Origin: Felis catus
Lineage: Eukaryota
DNA length: 64,000 nucleotides
NCBI RefSeq assembly: GCF_018350175.1
Contig: NC_058368.1
Location: 110,362,001-110,426,000 of the forward strand
Direction: 5' to 3'
Shown: piece after piece, positions 1 to 11,299 of the stretch
Numbering within the stretch: the stretch's first letter is position 1
How the letters are laid out: the number at the start of each line of letters is the position of its first letter
Notes under the pieces: model-generated
Database searches by the model: none
Told to the model about the DNA's origin: nothing
The model's input: only the letters and a program-made list of their open reading frames with translations
Translations under genes and position numbers: made by a program

Positions 1-567
1 GATCAAAGGAGGAGTCTGAGGGGGTAAATCTTTGACGGAAAAGAAGGAGCTATTATTGTTTCTGAGGAGCTACAGCAAATCCAGTGAGGCCCACCTCAAA
101 TGCAATCCACACTGGCGTCACTGAACAAACAGGAGCAGAAAAGAATAGGAATGGTAGAGGAGGGTATGAGATGCCGCTTTGGAGACGAGCACCTGTATGC
201 AAACCCTGATTTCATCCTTTACTGTCACTGTGACCTGGGGAACACCCCTGAAGTTAGCACTATTATTCAAGCCCAACTTGGACATACCAACAAAAGAGGT
301 AGCATCACAGTTTTCTCTGGTGAGAAAACATGCCAAGTGGCTTCCAGTGGATTCCGAACACCTAACCCATACTACTTACTAATCATTTTCTTAAAATCGG
401 TTTGAACAAAATACAAAAAGCTCTAGTTCATAAAGATAACTTTGTGATTAAGTATGTGGATCACAACACATTCTTTAAGGACTCCTGCGTTATCCTGAAG
501 TTGCCATCGCTTGCCTCATTTAAAAATCCAAGATATCTAGTCTCATTCTTATTAACTTGTCCTTGTG

Positions 568-655
568 TATTCATTCATTTGTTCAACAAATATTTATTGG
601 ATGCCTAGCAGACAGGCATTTCACAAAGTAGGCATTCAGTAAATGTTTGTTGAAT
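568..655. mobile_element. Two oppositely oriented L2 LINE 3'-terminal fragments forming an inverted repeat
   Basis: 568-607 (tattcattcatttgttcaacaaatatttattggatgccta) is the L2 tail on the minus strand. 629-655 (taggcattcagtaaatgtttgttgaat) is the L2 tail on the plus strand. Confidence 0.8.
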
Positions 656-1594
656 TTAAAAAATAATTGTATCTCCAGAATCGATGTTGTTTGTTTGATC
701 ATATACATATGTTTGATCATATCTATAAAATGCCTTGATTTTTACTTTGATTCACCTATGAAACACATTAGCTGATCTATAGCCAAGAAATATGTACTTT
801 TAGAGGATTGCTTTAGAAAATTTGCATTCCATTAAACTTGCCAGATTTCTCAAAAGGTGGGGAAAAACAAATTCTTCGTAGAGTGCAATGCTGTAAACAG
901 ATAAGCTCACTAAACAATTATTTACATTCCTAAAACATGAGCATTTCTCTTTTCTATCTAATCCTCAATTTTTACACACCTTACTTTTTCATCTACACTG
1001 GGAACACTCAGCAGTGATATTATTATTTGCCAAATCGTTTTGTGTATTTTTACTCCAAGGCTAATCACTTCTGAGTTTAACAAAGTCAGGTTAGAAACTG
1101 AATTTGTACAACTTTTCTCTAGATCAGACAATTTTAGAATACAGACCCCCTTTGAAGGCATGTACCATGGAGTTAGAAATATGACAGCCCATTGTCCCTG
1201 CTAAAATGCTTCCCTGAAAAAACGTATAGGTTGACAAGTTTAATTACTCTTGATTTTTATGCCTGCCTTTTTAAAATACTGAAATGTTCGGGCCATGAAC
1301 ACCGTTACCGTTTTAAAGGACAGAGACAGTAGAGAGAGGCAGAAGTTTGGGTTATGTCATTCACTGTCCCAGAGCCCAGGGGAGCCCTGCAAGGCCCAGC
1401 CAGGAGAGCCTCATGGGATCACCCAGCTCATGCTACCAATGCTGAAGGTACCGGCTGTGGGGGCACGAGGCACTCTCCCACTCTCAACTCAATGGCTTAT
1501 ATATTTAACTGTACACACTGAGGCGGCCTTGTCACATTGTGCAAAACAAGAATATGAAACCAGACAATTCTTTATGATCATGAGTACATGTAAG

Positions 1595-2105
1595 CAAAAG
1601 ATACCCATGGGCATTATGCCGAGTAGGGAAAAAAAGGCAATCTCAAAGGCTTACATACCCTATGATTTCACTGACATAGCACTCTCAAAGTGACAGAATT
1701 ATGGTGATAGAGACCAGATCAGAGGTTCCCAGGGGTTAGGGCTGGGGGAAGGATGTGACTTCTAGGGGGTAATGTGAGAGCTTCTTTGGTGTGCGGAACA
1801 GTGTTGTACCTGGTTGTGCTAAGTTATTCAATCTACACATGTGATAAAACATCACAGAACTACACACACACACACACACGCACACGCACACACACACACG
1901 CACACACACACACATACAGGATTGCCAGTAAAATCCCGGGAAGGTCTGTAACTGAGTTACAAATGCCAATACCATTTTTCTGGTTTTGACATTGCATAAT
2001 GGTAGCATAATTATCACTGGAGGAAGCTGCATGAAGGATGCATGTGAGATCTATGCATTAGTTTTACAAATTCTTGTGAGACTTAAACTATTAAAAAAAT
2101 ATTTT
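1595..2105 (+). mobile_element. Old L1M (L1MC/MD-like) 3' UTR fragment with internal (CA)n
   Basis: Typical L1M 3' motifs: aaaaggcaatctcaaagg..tatgatt, cagatcagaggttcccagggg, ttacaaattcttgtgag..aaactattaaaaa. Mixed CA/CG repeat at 1862-1917. Confidence 0.7.
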
Positions 2106-2124
2106 TAAAGATATTGATATCCTT

Positions 2125-2301
2125 GGGGCGCCTGCGTGGCCCAGTTGGTTAAGCGTCTGACTTGGTTTCTGCTCCGGTCATGATCTCACAGTTCATGGGT
2201 TCAGGCTCCATGACAGTGGAGCTTGCTTGGGATTCTCTCTCTTTCTTTTGTTCTCTCTCCCCACCTCTCTCAAAATAAGTAAGTAAATGAAAAAAAAAAA
2301 A
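2125..2301 (+). mobile_element. Can-SINE (SINEC), internally deleted
   Basis: ggggcgcctgcgtggcccagttggttaagcgtctgact head, (CT)n, A tail. 18-bp TSD at 2107-2124 and 2302-2319. Confidence 0.95.
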
Positions 2302-3987
2302 AAAGATATCAATATCCTTCACCAATACCCTTCCATTGGGCCAAGAGAACAGCTTTCCTCACTTGAGAACAGAAATGTTAACACAGGCCTTAGCTGTATT
2401 ACTGGCAGGAGGAAAGTGGGCTTAGCTGTCACACAGGTGGTGTTAATAGCATGGCCTGCCTTTCTGTCGTGCTTGAACAATGGAGGAGTTAGTTCAGAAA
2501 GGGGAGTTTGCCAGGAGCTTCACTCTGCAACAGAGAAGTTTAAGCAGTAAAACTGTTCAAGCCTCAAGTACTCTAGCACCTGCTGTGGGCGAGAGTCAGC
2601 AGGGCAACCAAGGTAAATGTAAGCAGCAGTACTCCCACCAGGGCCTCTAACAGCCCACACAAGCCAGAGAGGCCATCAGAGCTGAGGGGTCTGGAAGCCA
2701 GGTTGCATTTCTGAATAAAGCTGGGAGCTCAGCCCGGAGAGAAGGTGTGTGGAGTCATGTGTATGCGTGGGGAGACATGGCCTGGTTGCTGGGAGCAAAT
2801 ATCTGCAGGACTGTTGTGTGGGAAATAGATTAGACTCGCACTATATTAATCCTGAGGGCAGGTCTTATATCTGTAGGTAGAAGTTAGATGAAAGCAGTTT
2901 TCAACTCAATATAAAGAATTGTCCAACACACCTGCTTTGACAGGCAATAAGTTCCCAGACACTGGAAATATGTGAGCATAGATCAAATGACCATCTGTTG
3001 AGAATCTGTAAGGGGTCCCAATCAAGAGTCCCCCATCCCACTCCGAGAAGATGATACCGACAATGAGGACACTGGAGGTGGGTGACCCTGATCTTTTCAT
3101 TGAAGTGCACCTCCCTTTTAATTTTTTAACTTCATTAGTATGTCTCTGCTTTGCTGAGCCCATTAACCCTTCTGTGGTTCATTGTGTCTCCAAATAAATG
3201 TCACCTCCCCAGCAGATCTACAGGCATCCTGTTAAGAGAGATACAGCCTCCTCTGTTCCCTCGGCCCCACAGAGCCTGGCACGAGGTGGCTGCAAAAGGA
3301 ATGCTCTGTAAACATGTGAAGCCTGGTGAATAATGGCTGTGGCATGCCCAAGGCAAGAAGCCAGCCCGGGTGCCTGCTTGAAGTCCTCTCACACTGAGAG
3401 TCCATATATTTTATGACCTCAGAGTGCTTCCTGGCACAGACTCCCCCCAGTGGGGATCCATTTCTCCTTTGCAGCTTTGTCAGTGTTTGGGTTTTCTACT
3501 TAGTTCTCAATGAACTAGCTATCATAGTTATAGCTCCCTAGGAAATGCCATCCAGTAACTCTGTCAGAGTTTTTATTTGCTTGGACAGATCATTTTATTT
3601 CAGCAAGGTGTTTTATTAGCTTAGAGAGTCATGAATCACTTCAAAGGTAGATGAAAGATGGCCCAAAACACACAATTTTGTATGAGATGTTGTTCTTTCT
3701 ACGGAAGATCATGTCTCCTTGATTAGGGATTGAGACCACTTCAATTCCACGCAAAGGATGAAAACTGAATCTCATCAGCATATCCATGCACCCACCTGGC
3801 CAGAGCGAAGAGGCTGACTCTAACACCCATCTGGTAACTACCACTCAGGAAATCTTGCCATCAACAGTGTTGCGATGGCCCAAACGGAGTCATAGGAGGC
3901 CCCTCTCTAAAGCATGTGCTCTCTTGGAACCAGACCACACCACTGCCTAAGACTCCACAAAGTGTGAGAATAGCTTTGAGAAAAGAA

Positions 3988-4178
3988 TTGTATTAGTTAG
4001 GATAGGCTCTGCTATGCTGCAGTAATACCTAAACCCTTAAATCTCAGTGGCTGAACCCAACAAAATTTATTTCTCATTCACATCAGGGTTCCAATGAGGT
4101 GGGTCAGGCCACATTTCATGGTGACTCAGAAATCAACCCTATCCCCTTTTATCTTGTCATAGCAGGAAGAGGAGAAGG
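3988..4178. mobile_element. MLT1 (ERVL-MaLR) LTR fragment
   Basis: tgtattagttaggatagg..tatgctgcagtaa..aaatctcagtggct..aaaatttatttctcattcacat, characteristic of old MLT1 LTR termini. Confidence 0.65.
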
Positions 4179-4244
4179 AATAAACAATTCCTCCTTCCTT
4201 CTCTTCTTCTCTTCACTCCTTCCTTTCTTCTCCCTTCCGTCCTT

Positions 4245-4980
4245 TTTTTTTTTTAAGACTTTATTTTTTCATGATAGTTTTAGGTTCAGAGTTTTAGGTT
4301 CAGAGCCAAAGTGAAGGGAAGATAGAGATTTCCCATATACCCCCTGCCCCCGCACATGCATCATCTCCCCCATTATCAACACCCCCCATCAAAGAAGTAC
4401 CTTTGTTACAATTGATGAACCCACATTGATACATCATGATCACCCCAAGTGCAAAGCTCACATTAGGGCTCACTCTTGATGTTGTACATCCTATGGGTTT
4501 GGACAAATGTATCGTGACTATATCCATCATTATGGTATCACACAAAGTATTCTCATTGCCCTTAAAAATCCTCTGTGTTCCACTTACTGGTTTCCCCCCT
4601 GCTCCTGGCAGCCAATGATCTATAGTTTTGCCTTTTTTAGAATGTCATGTAGTTGGGATCATGCAGGTGTAATCTTTTCATATTTCAGTAATATGTATTT
4701 CAGATTCCTCCGTGTCTTTTTATGGCCTGATAGTTCATTTCTTTTTAGTGCTGAGTAATCTTCTGTTGCCTGGACGTACCATGGTTAATATATTCATTCA
4801 CCTGCTGAAGGACATCTTGGTTTCTTTCATTCACATTTTACTAATTCTGGATAAAGCTTCTGCAAACATTTGTGTGCAGATTTTTGTGTGGACATAAGTT
4901 TTCAACTCCTTTGGGCAACTACTAAGGAGTGTGGTTGCTGGATTATATGGCAAGACTATGTTTGGTTTTATAAGAAACCA
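4245..4980 (-). mobile_element. L1M (L1MC1-like) 3' end
   Basis: T-tract followed by aagactttatttt..agttttaggttca..gagatttcccatatacccc..ttgttacaattgatgaac, ending in ttgctggattatatggcaag..tttataagaaac. Confidence 0.85.
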
Positions 4981-5782
4981 TTCTACATGTTGTATTTCTC
5001 ACCAATTAAAAAAAAGATAAATCACTAAAGGAATAGCTTGTAAGATGCAGCAGAATCTTATCTGCAAGCGAACCAGTCAAGCTGCTCAGATATTATATTA
5101 CACTATTATAAAACTCACGTTATAGTATCTTCAATGTAAAGAATCCTATCAGCGAGCAAAACACTTTTCTTTCCAAATCCTGTTTAATTAGGAAATTGAT
5201 GGAAAATATAGACTTGTGTCCCCATAACTACTTTTAAAAAATGTATTTTGGAGCCTTCAAAATAATGAATTATAAAAGAAAGTGAACTCTGACATTTTCC
5301 CTTCTATTTTATTGTTCTCTATTCCCTGAAAAGCCTCCAACACTCTATTTCTATAGCTCAGAATAAGATGTATTTTCCCCTTAAAACCTGTAGGTATTAT
5401 AATTATATGTAAATCACTTCACAGAAATAAATATCCATGGTTAAGGGATATTTAAAATGTTAAAAGCTTCTTCTCAACTGTTCAGTTTGAGAAAAAAAAA
5501 GTTATTTCCAGAACCCTGGTAGCTCTAAGCACCATTTCCCCCTTTCGTACCTGCACAGAAGAGCCTTCTCCTGCAATGCCCTGTTTTCCTGGGCTGTTCT
5601 CCTCTCTGAAACACCTCAGGTGGGGATCACAGTTTGAATTGGATTTTGAAGCAATTCCATGCTAATCTCCCTTCCCTAACAGTGAAAACTTTTTTCCCTT
5701 GTATTCAGAATAAAAACACACAGCTGAACAAAGAAACAGAACACAATTTAAGAGAGTTGTTCCCATCCTGAAAACCATTTCT

Positions 5783-5994
5783 TTTTTTTTTTTTTTAAGT
5801 TTTACTTATTTATTTTGAGAGCGACAGCACGAGTTGGGGAGGGGCAGGGAGAGAGGGAGAGAGAGAATCCCAAGCAGGCTTAGTGCTGTCAGCACAGAGC
5901 CTAACTCAAGGCTGGATCCCACATACCATGACATCATGACCTGAGCCAAAACCACAAGTCAGACGCTTAACTGACCGAGCCACCCAGGCACTCC
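5783..5994 (-). mobile_element. Can-SINE (SINEC)
   Basis: Poly-T, (GA)n, ..cgcttaactgaccgagccacccaggcactcc. TSD tgaaaa[c/g]catttct at 5769-5782 and 5995-6008. Confidence 0.95.
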
Positions 5995-6109
5995 TGAAAA
6001 GCATTTCTTTAGTGCTTCCCTTTCCTTGCTGAAAACATGGGTAGAATTGTATTTTTAAAAAATCATTATTTCCCTGGGATCTGAATTCTAATCTATTGTG
6101 GTCCCTGGC

Positions 6110-7127
6110 CATGAAGACCATCAAAGTGCTAAAGACTCCCAAATGCCCATCTCCACCCCTGAGTTCTCCACTGACATAGCCAATTGCCTATTTAGTATCT
6201 GTGCTAGGTTATCTCCTAGGCGTTGCAAACTGAGCATGTCCAAAACCTAGTTCCTGAGGGGCTGCAACCCTGCTCCTACCCCCACTCCTCCATCTCAGTG
6301 AAGGGCAGCACTGTGATTCTGGTTTCTCAGGGCAAAAGCCTTGCAGTCACTCTTGATTCTGCTCTTACTCTCACATTCCACTTTCAACCCATCAGGTAAG
6401 CTCTGTGGGCCCTACCTTCAAAAATATGTCCAGAATGTAACCTTTTGTTACCACTTCCATCATTATTACCCTAGTCCAAGCCACCATCATCACCTGCCTA
6501 AATTTTTGCGATGGACTTCTTTCTCCCTGAGTCTGACCTTGTCCTCCTACAGTCTCGTTTTAACACCACAGCCAGAATGGTCCTATTAAAACATAGAGAG
6601 GATCATGTCTCCTCAGTGCTCTAAAGCTCCTATGGCTTCTGACGTCACCCAGCATCAAAGCAAAGTCCTTAAAATGGCCCATAAAATTCTCTACAACCTC
6701 ATCCCCTATAGGTCTCCTCAACTCAGCTCAGATGAGCAAGTTTTCTCCTCCAGCTCACCAGGCCTATTTCTACCTCAGGACGTTTGCACTGGCTGTTCCT
6801 CTCCTTGGAGTGCTCTTGCCCAGGTATCTTCAAGGTTCTCTTTCCTCACAACGTTTCTGTTCCAATGTCATCCTGACTACTTCTAGGTCCAACATCCTCG
6901 TTCCCAGCCCTCCTCCCTTCCCTGCTGCATCTTTCTTCATATTACTCATCATCATCTGACATGCTTTATATTGCACATGTTTCTTATTTTTCCTTCTAGA
7001 ATATAACCTCCCCACACACAGGGGAGGGCAGAGATTTTTATCTTTTTTGCTCACTTCTATGTGCACTCACTTAGAAGAGTGCCTGTAACACAGTAGATAC
7101 TTAATAAATATTTGTTGAATGAATGAA
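6110..7127 (+). mobile_element. L2 LINE (L2a-like) 3' ~1 kb
   Basis: L2 body motifs (gactcccaaat..ctcc, catctcagtgaagggca, ccagaatggtcctattaaaacat) ending in the canonical tail gtgcctgtaacacagtagatacttaataaatatttgttgaatgaatgaa. Confidence 0.9.
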
Positions 7128-9334
7128 CAAAATTCTATTCAGTTGTGAATCAATATGTCCGGATTAATCAGGGCCTCATTTCACCTTTCATGCCTGACAG
7201 CTCATCTCACTTTCATATTTGTGTTGAGTGAACCAGTGAGTGGCCAAGAGACTCCGTGTGTCAGCACTAGGCAAAGCTGTCCTAACTTGATCTAACTTTA
7301 AGGAATATTTTCAACATGTGAATGTATTTATGGGCTGTATGCTACATTGTGGAATTTGCTCCTGAGCCGGGCTCACTGCACAGGGTCAGTCACTGCAGGC
7401 ACCTTCATTCACTGGGGGAGGGATCAGCACAAGCCTGTCACATCAGGGACTGAGGGACTCCCTGCAAGACCACTTATCCTGTGGGAACAAAGAGCTGCAA
7501 ATGTCAGAGGGTAGGAGTGATTCTGTATAGAGACGTGTGGATACCATGGAAATCAGACCCTTTTCCAACTCCTTTGTCTGACCAGGAGAGGGCTGTAACT
7601 AAAGATGTAGATTTGTTTCACTAAGTGCTGGCACACCTGTTCCTGCAGACGGGTGCATGAAGAAGACAGAAGCAGCTTCTCTCCTCTGCTGTAAATGCCA
7701 CGCAACTCCGTCTCCTTCAGGCTCAGCAAGCTGCAGGCGTGAACCGGTCTGGAAGTCCATGAGGTACGCCCAGGAACCTGCCGAAACATGCAGGAAAGGC
7801 CTGAGTGGCTAGGGCTGTGCAAGCCCTTCTAACATACAGGTCTGGCTAACATGGCCTCATGAGCAACTGAAGACCGGATGGGCCTGGGGACGCTTGGGTC
7901 CCCTCTTGGCTGACATCCAGCTCTGCCTATGGCATCATCACGCTGGAGATGAGGCTGTGACTGTTGGGGGTGGCGTCAGCTGACGCCAAAACAAATGACC
8001 ACGAGCCCATCAGGCAGGCTGCCCTCAGACAAGACCCCTAAATTCCAAGATGGAATGAAGTCTTACTAAATATGTTTCCAACAGAAAGGGCAAGAAATAT
8101 TTCCAAGTTTCATTCGCTCTTAGGAAATGACATCTAGAAAGAAAATGAATCAGATGAAAAGCAAAAGACAAATTATGACATTAAGAATTCATTTCCATTT
8201 AACAAATTTGCTATTAGCATCACAATTCAGGATATTTTAATAATTAGAGAGTCATATAGGTGGCATAACTGGATGCTTTCCTGATAGGATTTAAAGAGCA
8301 CCAAAAAATATCTCTTTTCTAAAAGGGCTTCTTCAATAGCCTAAGGTCACCCACTAGGGCTAGACACTGCTGACCCTTCTCTGGCTCCTCTTCTAAATAC
8401 CCATTCCTGGGGAGGAGTGTTGGCCACTTGGTTCTTTCTGGCAAGTGTTGGGGGAGACAAGAGGGGGCCCCAAATCAGAGGCTGAGTATGGGAAGTGAGG
8501 CTCCAGGCAGCCAACCTGCACCCAAGATTCTCATCCTCTCTGAGGTCTTCTTCACAGCCCTGGCCTGTTTCTACTGAAAACCAAAGTACTCAGGAGGACT
8601 GTGCTTTTGTGATTTCACAGGAGGGATGTGACAGTCTGCAGTGGTATGGCATCAGGAAGGGCTGCAGCATGTCTTGCCCTCTGAGCAGCTCCAGCCTGGG
8701 GCACAGAGGAGGACCCACTTGGTCCCCCTGCCTCTCTTCAGCTGGGTTCCTACAGGGCCTCGGGAAGATGTAAAGGTTCCTGTTATTGTGTTATCTCAAG
8801 TACCCACCCTCACACTTTGACAATACCAAGACAAGTCTGAAAGAGATCATCTCCAGATCAAGCAATAATTCTGAGGATCTGATTTCACCAGCCTGTGTCA
8901 GAGAAAGCCTAGGTATTCCTGGGACTAGAACCCCATCCACTCCATGCCCCAGGCTGATCTCCCCATTACACACAGAGGGACTCTGAAGTACTGGGCTGAG
9001 CTTCTCTGCTCTCAGTTAACAGTCAAAAAAAGCTTCCCATTCACCTCCCTGATAAAGGCTCACTTGCGGGCCTGATATATCTAGTTGCACAAGACCTAAG
9101 TCCAGCCCACTTTCAGGCCCCCTCCCTGCCGCAGTCCACAAGGTCCCTGTGTTCCAGCTAAACATACAGCCCCAAGGTGCCCAAGTATGGAGAAAGGACC
9201 TGGGTGTTCTCTTCGGCCAGGCACCCAGTCTCCATCTAAGGTCCCTAGTAACTGAAGCTAGGGCTTCAGTCCTGCTTCTGAGGGTTGGGATGGAAACAGA
9301 AGAAGAAGGAGATGGGGATAGAGTAAGTTAAAAT

Positions 9335-9505
9335 GCAGCAAAGGCTATTATTTACTGAGATTTGGCTGTTCTTCTTTAATAAATACGCCTCATATCGCTC
9401 CAAGCCTTTGGCTGCTTTTCAGAGTTCAGAAAGAGTTAATTTTGACAATTTTTACCAGCATTCTCATGGCTTTTGTGGAGGAGTAGATCTCCAGAAGTCC
9501 TTGTC
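9335..9505 (-). mobile_element. L1M 5'-end fragment (antisense)
   Basis: aataaat..caagcctttgg..ttttcagagttcagaaagagttaattttgacaatttttaccagcattctcatggcttttgtggaggag resembles the reverse complement of L1MC/MD 5' ends (recalled consensus). Confidence 0.55.
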
Positions 9506-9519
9506 AAGAAGTGCTCTTG

Positions 9520-11062
9520 CCAGTGAATTGATTTTTGACAATAGTGCAAAAGCAATTCATCGGGGGAGGGGTAGTCTGTGTGCAAATGAAATCGAGCAAT
9601 TGGATATCACGTGACATTATTCAACCAATAAAAATAAAAAGAACTTTGGTCCATACCTTGCACCGTACAGAAAAATTTAAGCCAGGTGCATAGCAGACCT
9701 ATAAATATAAAACCTAAAGCTACAAAATTTCTAGTAGAAATCACAGCACAAAATCTCCATGACCTTGGGTAAAGATCATAGATACAATGGTAAACATATG
9801 ACTCTTAAAAGAACAAATTGACAAAAATTGGATTCCTTCAAAATTAAGAGTTTCTGTTCTTCTAAAACACTATTAAAAGACAAGTCACAGACTGGGAGGG
9901 AACATGGAAATCATGTATCTTATAAAGAACTTGTATCCACAATATATAAAGAATGCTCAGTACAAACTCTCAAACAATTTAACTTTAAAATGGGCACAAA
10001 TCTGACCCGACATCATCTGGAAGATGATACAGGCATGGCAATTAAGCATTTGAAAAAAATATTCAACATCTTTAGCCATTAGGGAAATGCAAATGAAAAC
10101 CACAGTGAGATACATTACATACGTGTACCATGACTATAATTTACAAGACTGCCATACTGAGGGCCAGGGAGGATGGAGAGCCACTGGAACTCTTAGCTAC
10201 AGTGAAAAATGTTAACTTATACAGCTCTTTTGGAAAAAGAGCTGGAAGTTTGGAAGTTTTTTAAAAATTCAGGGGTGTCTGAGTGGCTCAGTCAGTTAAA
10301 CATCTGACTCTTGATTTCAGCTCAGGTCATGACTCCAGGGTCATGGAATCAATCCCTGCATCAGGCTCCACATTGACAACATGGAGCCTGCTTAAGATTC
10401 TCTTTCTCCCTCCCTCTGTCCCTCCTCCACTTGTACATATGCTGGTGCACTATCTCTCTAAAAATCAAAAACAAAGAAATTAAAAAATATACCTATCACG
10501 TGTCCCAGCCACACCACTCCTAGGCATTTAGCCAGGAGAAATAAAAGACTTGTACTTCAATATTCACTGCAGCTCTATAGGTAATGGTCCCAACCTGGAC
10601 CCAACCAAAATATTTGTCAATAGTTAATCGAATGAACAAATTTTGCTATATCCATGCAATGGAATACCATTCAGCAATAAAAAGGAATAAAGAATTGATA
10701 AATGCAGCAATATGGATGATCCCAAAATAAATATGCTAAAGCAAAAGAATCTAAACAAAACAAAAAGTTCTATGAACTATATGATTCTGTTTGAAATGGA
10801 AAGCCTAGGAAATGCAACTGTATGCTATTTGCTCAACACAAACCTCAGGGGCAGAGAGCAGAAAGTATTTGCGTAGGATGGGGCAGGGGGTTGACAGGAA
10901 GGTAATACAAATGGTCCCCAAAAAAGTTTTTGGGTCATGCATACATTCATTATCATCATTGGTGTAATGATGTCACAGGCATACACATATGTCAAAACTT
11001 ACGTTTTTAAATACGTGCACTTTACTGTATGTCAAGTGTTCCTCAATAAAGCCGTTAAAAAT
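9520..11062 (+). mobile_element. Old L1M ORF2 3' part plus 3' UTR, interrupted by a Can-SINE
   Basis: Degenerate ORF2 peptide DSFKIKSFCSSK..VSTIYKE; attagggaaatgcaaatgaaaaccacagtgagatac; caatggaataccattcagcaataaaaagga; ends cctcaataaagccgttaaaaa. Confidence 0.9.
10272..10486 (+). mobile_element. Can-SINE (older subfamily) nested in L1M
   Basis: ggggtgtctgagtggctcagtcagttaaacatctgactcttgatttcagctcaggtcatga, (CT)-rich tract, A-rich tail. Confidence 0.92.
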
Positions 11063-11299
11063 AATGATGCTTGGGGCCATAGGTCAAATCAGTGTGCGGC
11101 TATAAGATCTTTTGTTACAACATGTGAAAGAATAAGCACACATCCCAGTAGAGTTTTCCAGATGAACAAACGGGCTCTAGGAAGCTTAACGGCAAGATCC
11201 TACAGAAGCCTAATCTCAACACAGCAGTAACTCTAGAAAGAGAGGTATACACTGAGATAATTATGAGTGTGGCTCTTCAGTGTGAAGATTGCTATCATA

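Noticed and set aside
3003..3077. Possible plus-strand exon (SVRGPNQESPIPLREDDTDNEDTG|gtgggt)
   Set aside because: The acceptor has no real pyrimidine tract, there are no partner exons and the peptide is not recognised.
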